Source of the DNA: an uncultured archaeon
GTDB taxonomy: Archaea; Asgardarchaeota; Lokiarchaeia; Sigyniarchaeales; SOKP01
Direction: 5' to 3'
Assembly (NCBI GenBank): GCA_964388035.1
Contig: CAYLZE010000054.1
Span: 1 to 32,057, forward strand
DNA length: 32,057 nt
Part shown: positions 30,049 through 32,057 of the stretch, piece by piece
How the letters are laid out: each line of letters starts with the position of its first letter
How positions within the stretch are numbered: position 1 is the stretch's first letter
Notes under the pieces: generated by a model
What the model saw: the letters and a program-made list of their open reading frames with translations, nothing else
What the model was told of the DNA's origin: nothing
The model's database searches: none
Made by a program: the position numbers and the translations under genes

Positions 30049-31677
30049 ATGGAATATGATGTTTTAATTAAAAAGGGAAGAATTATCGATGGAACGGGTA
30101 ATCCATGGTTTCTAGCCGATATTGCTGTAGCTGACGGAAAGATCATTAAAATTAGTTCTAGGATAGCGGGAGATGCTAAAAAAGAATTAGATGCGCAAGG
30201 TTTAATTGTTGCTCCGGGATTTATAGATCCCCATTCTCATTCGGATTACGTGGTAATTTTTGATAATAGAATGGAATCCTTCATTCGACAAGGAATTACT
30301 ACTAATGTTGCGGGAAACTGCGGAGAAGGCATGGCTCCGGTCAATCCCACAAAATTAGAAGAATTTAAAAAATTATTGGAAATGGGAGCTCCACCAGGAG
30401 TAAAATTGAACGTTAATTGGAACACTTTTTCAGAATATTTAAATGAGATGAGCAAGATTGGAAGTTCCATAAATTTTGCTTTCTTAGTTGGCTTTGGAAC
30501 GGTTAGAAATAATGGAGGCCCAGGATACGAGCAGCATCCACCTAACAAGGAAGAGATGGAGCAAATGAAAGCCTACGTGGCAGATGCCATGGAAGCAGGG
30601 GCATTTGGCATGAGTACGGGTTTAATCTATACTCCTCAAGTATATTCCAAAACGGCAGAAATAATTGAATTAGCAAAAGTTGTAGCTGAATATGATGGAT
30701 TATATGTTTCTCATATTCGTGGAGAGGGAAATACTGTGATTGGTGCAATCAAGGAAGTTATTGAAATTGTGGAAAAATCAGGTTGCGTGGGAGGGCAAAT
30801 CTCGCATCACAAAATTGCTAGTAAGGAACTATGGGGGGCAAGTGAAGAGACCATGAGAATGATGGAAGAAGCAAATGAAAGGGGAATCTCGATAACGTGC
30901 GATCAGTATCCGTATAATCGTGGAATGACTAATTTAATCACCCTCCTTCCGCCTTGGTCCCATGTAGGTGGAGTTGAAAAGCTCATAGAGCGTTTAAAGG
31001 ATTCGGAGATGCGAGAACGCATTAAAGAGGACATAATTGCAGGAATTGAGGGTTGGGAAAATCTAATTGGAGATTCTGGCTTTGATATGATTTACATTTC
31101 ATTAGTTAAATCCGAAAAATGGAAGGATGTCTCGGGAAAAAATATTGCTGAAATAACAAAAATAAAACATCAGACGGATGAGTGGGAGACACTCTTTAAT
31201 ATGGTTATTGATGATAAAGGGGAAACTATGATTACTGTTGAAATGATGGATGAGGAAGATATAACCCGGATAATGAAAGGACGTTGTACAATGATAGGAA
31301 CGGATGGATGGGGCACATGTCCAGTAGGAATCTTGGGATACGGACATCCACATCCCCGATTTTATGGAACTTATCCCCGCATACTGGGAAAATATGTTCG
31401 GGAAACAAAAACCCTTACTTTAGAAAATGCTATTCGAAAAATGACTTCTTTACCCGCCCAAAGATTTAGTTTATTTGATAGAGGCTTGATAAAAGAGAAC
31501 ATGTGGGCAGATCTTGTTGTTTTCGATCTTAATACCATAAGAGATGTGGCTACTTATGAAAATCCGCATCAATTTTCTGAAGGTGTTAAGCACGTGATTG
31601 TTAACGGAATTCTCGTGGTGGAAAATAATAGGCAAAATGATTTATTGCCTGGAAAAATATTGAAAAAAAAATACTAA
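30049..31677 (+). CDS. N-acyl-D-amino-acid deacylase (D-aminoacylase, amidohydrolase superfamily)
   Basis: IIDGTG, APGFIDPHSHSD, GNCG, GMSTGLIY, SHIRGE, SHHK, GTDG, HPRFYGTYPR. Confidence 0.92.
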   Translation: MEYDVLIKKGRIIDGTGNPWFLADIAVADGKIIKISSRIAGDAKKELDAQGLIVAPGFIDPHSHSDYVVIFDNRMESFIRQGITTNVAGNCGEGMAPVNPTKLEEFKKLLEMGAPPGVKLNVNWNTFSEYLNEMSKIGSSINFAFLVGFGTVRNNGGPGYEQHPPNKEEMEQMKAYVADAMEAGAFGMSTGLIYTPQVYSKTAEIIELAKVVAEYDGLYVSHIRGEGNTVIGAIKEVIEIVEKSGCVGGQISHHKIASKELWGASEETMRMMEEANERGISITCDQYPYNRGMTNLITLLPPWSHVGGVEKLIERLKDSEMRERIKEDIIAGIEGWENLIGDSGFDMIYISLVKSEKWKDVSGKNIAEITKIKHQTDEWETLFNMVIDDKGETMITVEMMDEEDITRIMKGRCTMIGTDGWGTCPVGILGYGHPHPRFYGTYPRILGKYVRETKTLTLENAIRKMTSLPAQRFSLFDRGLIKENMWADLVVFDLNTIRDVATYENPHQFSEGVKHVIVNGILVVENNRQNDLLPGKILKKKY

Positions 31678-31764
31678 TAGATCATAAAACTACCGTTAAA
31701 AAGAAAAAGTAAATTAAAATCTAAAGGAAAATAAATATAAATCAATAATCAGAACGTGAATGAA

Positions 31765-32057
31765 ATGGAAAAACCTATTTGTGTATTGGGGGCAGGAGCC
31801 GCTGCTCAAACGATAGCTGCACATTTGACATTGAAAGGAATGAAAGTGATTTTATGTGAGCATCCTCGTTTAGCTGAGAAATTTAAACCGATTATCGAAA
31901 AAGGAATGATTGAATGTACGGGACTTGTTGAGGGTGTCGCTCACCTTTATAAAGCTACTACAAGCTTTAAAGAAGCTATTGAAGAAGTGGATCTAATTAA
32001 TGTTGCTATCCCTTCTTTAGGGCATGAGAATTTTTTTGATGAAATGATACCTCATTT
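31765..32057 (+). CDS. NAD/NADP octopine/nopaline (opine) dehydrogenase-family protein, 3'-truncated by window edge
   Basis: Manual translation MEKPICVLGAGAAAQTIAAHLTLKG...EAIEEVDLINVAIPSLGHENFFDEMIPH; Rossmann motif; not in the ORF track. Confidence 0.75.
   Translation, partial: MEKPICVLGAGAAAQTIAAHLTLKGMKVILCEHPRLAEKFKPIIEKGMIECTGLVEGVAHLYKATTSFKEAIEEVDLINVAIPSLGHENFFDEMIPH

Overview
AT-rich prokaryotic chromosomal window. It is most consistent with an Asgard (Lokiarchaeia-like) archaeon; this is an inference from TATA/BRE-like promoters, mostly monocistronic genes, a 7TM+longin-like protein, a GIFT/IFT52-like protein and a membrane protein with a zinc ribbon. Most genes are metabolic: IlvD-family dehydratase (5' partial), M28/DUF4910 peptidase, 4-hydroxybutyryl-CoA dehydratase, purA, PfkB kinase, flavodoxin, two DUF2284-like proteins, 3-hydroxyacyl-CoA dehydrogenase, bicupin, SDR, MFS transporter, carboxylesterase, D-aminoacylase and an opine dehydrogenase-like gene (3' partial). 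Two regions stand out. (1) A 214-nt candidate structured non-coding RNA (18954-19167) is closed by a perfect GC-rich 10-bp stem, contains repeated hairpins with near-identical loops, and lies directly upstream of a DIP1984/DUF6847-like helical-repeat protein. (2) A ~6.1-kb segment splits a PA-domain M28 peptidase gene and carries a TetR regulator with a triple operator-like repeat, an SCP2-like-domain-fused glycyl radical enzyme of unknown substrate, its activase, and several gene fragments. No rRNA, tRNA, CRISPR array, transposase or integrase was recognised. All family assignments come from motif recognition by eye, not database searches.
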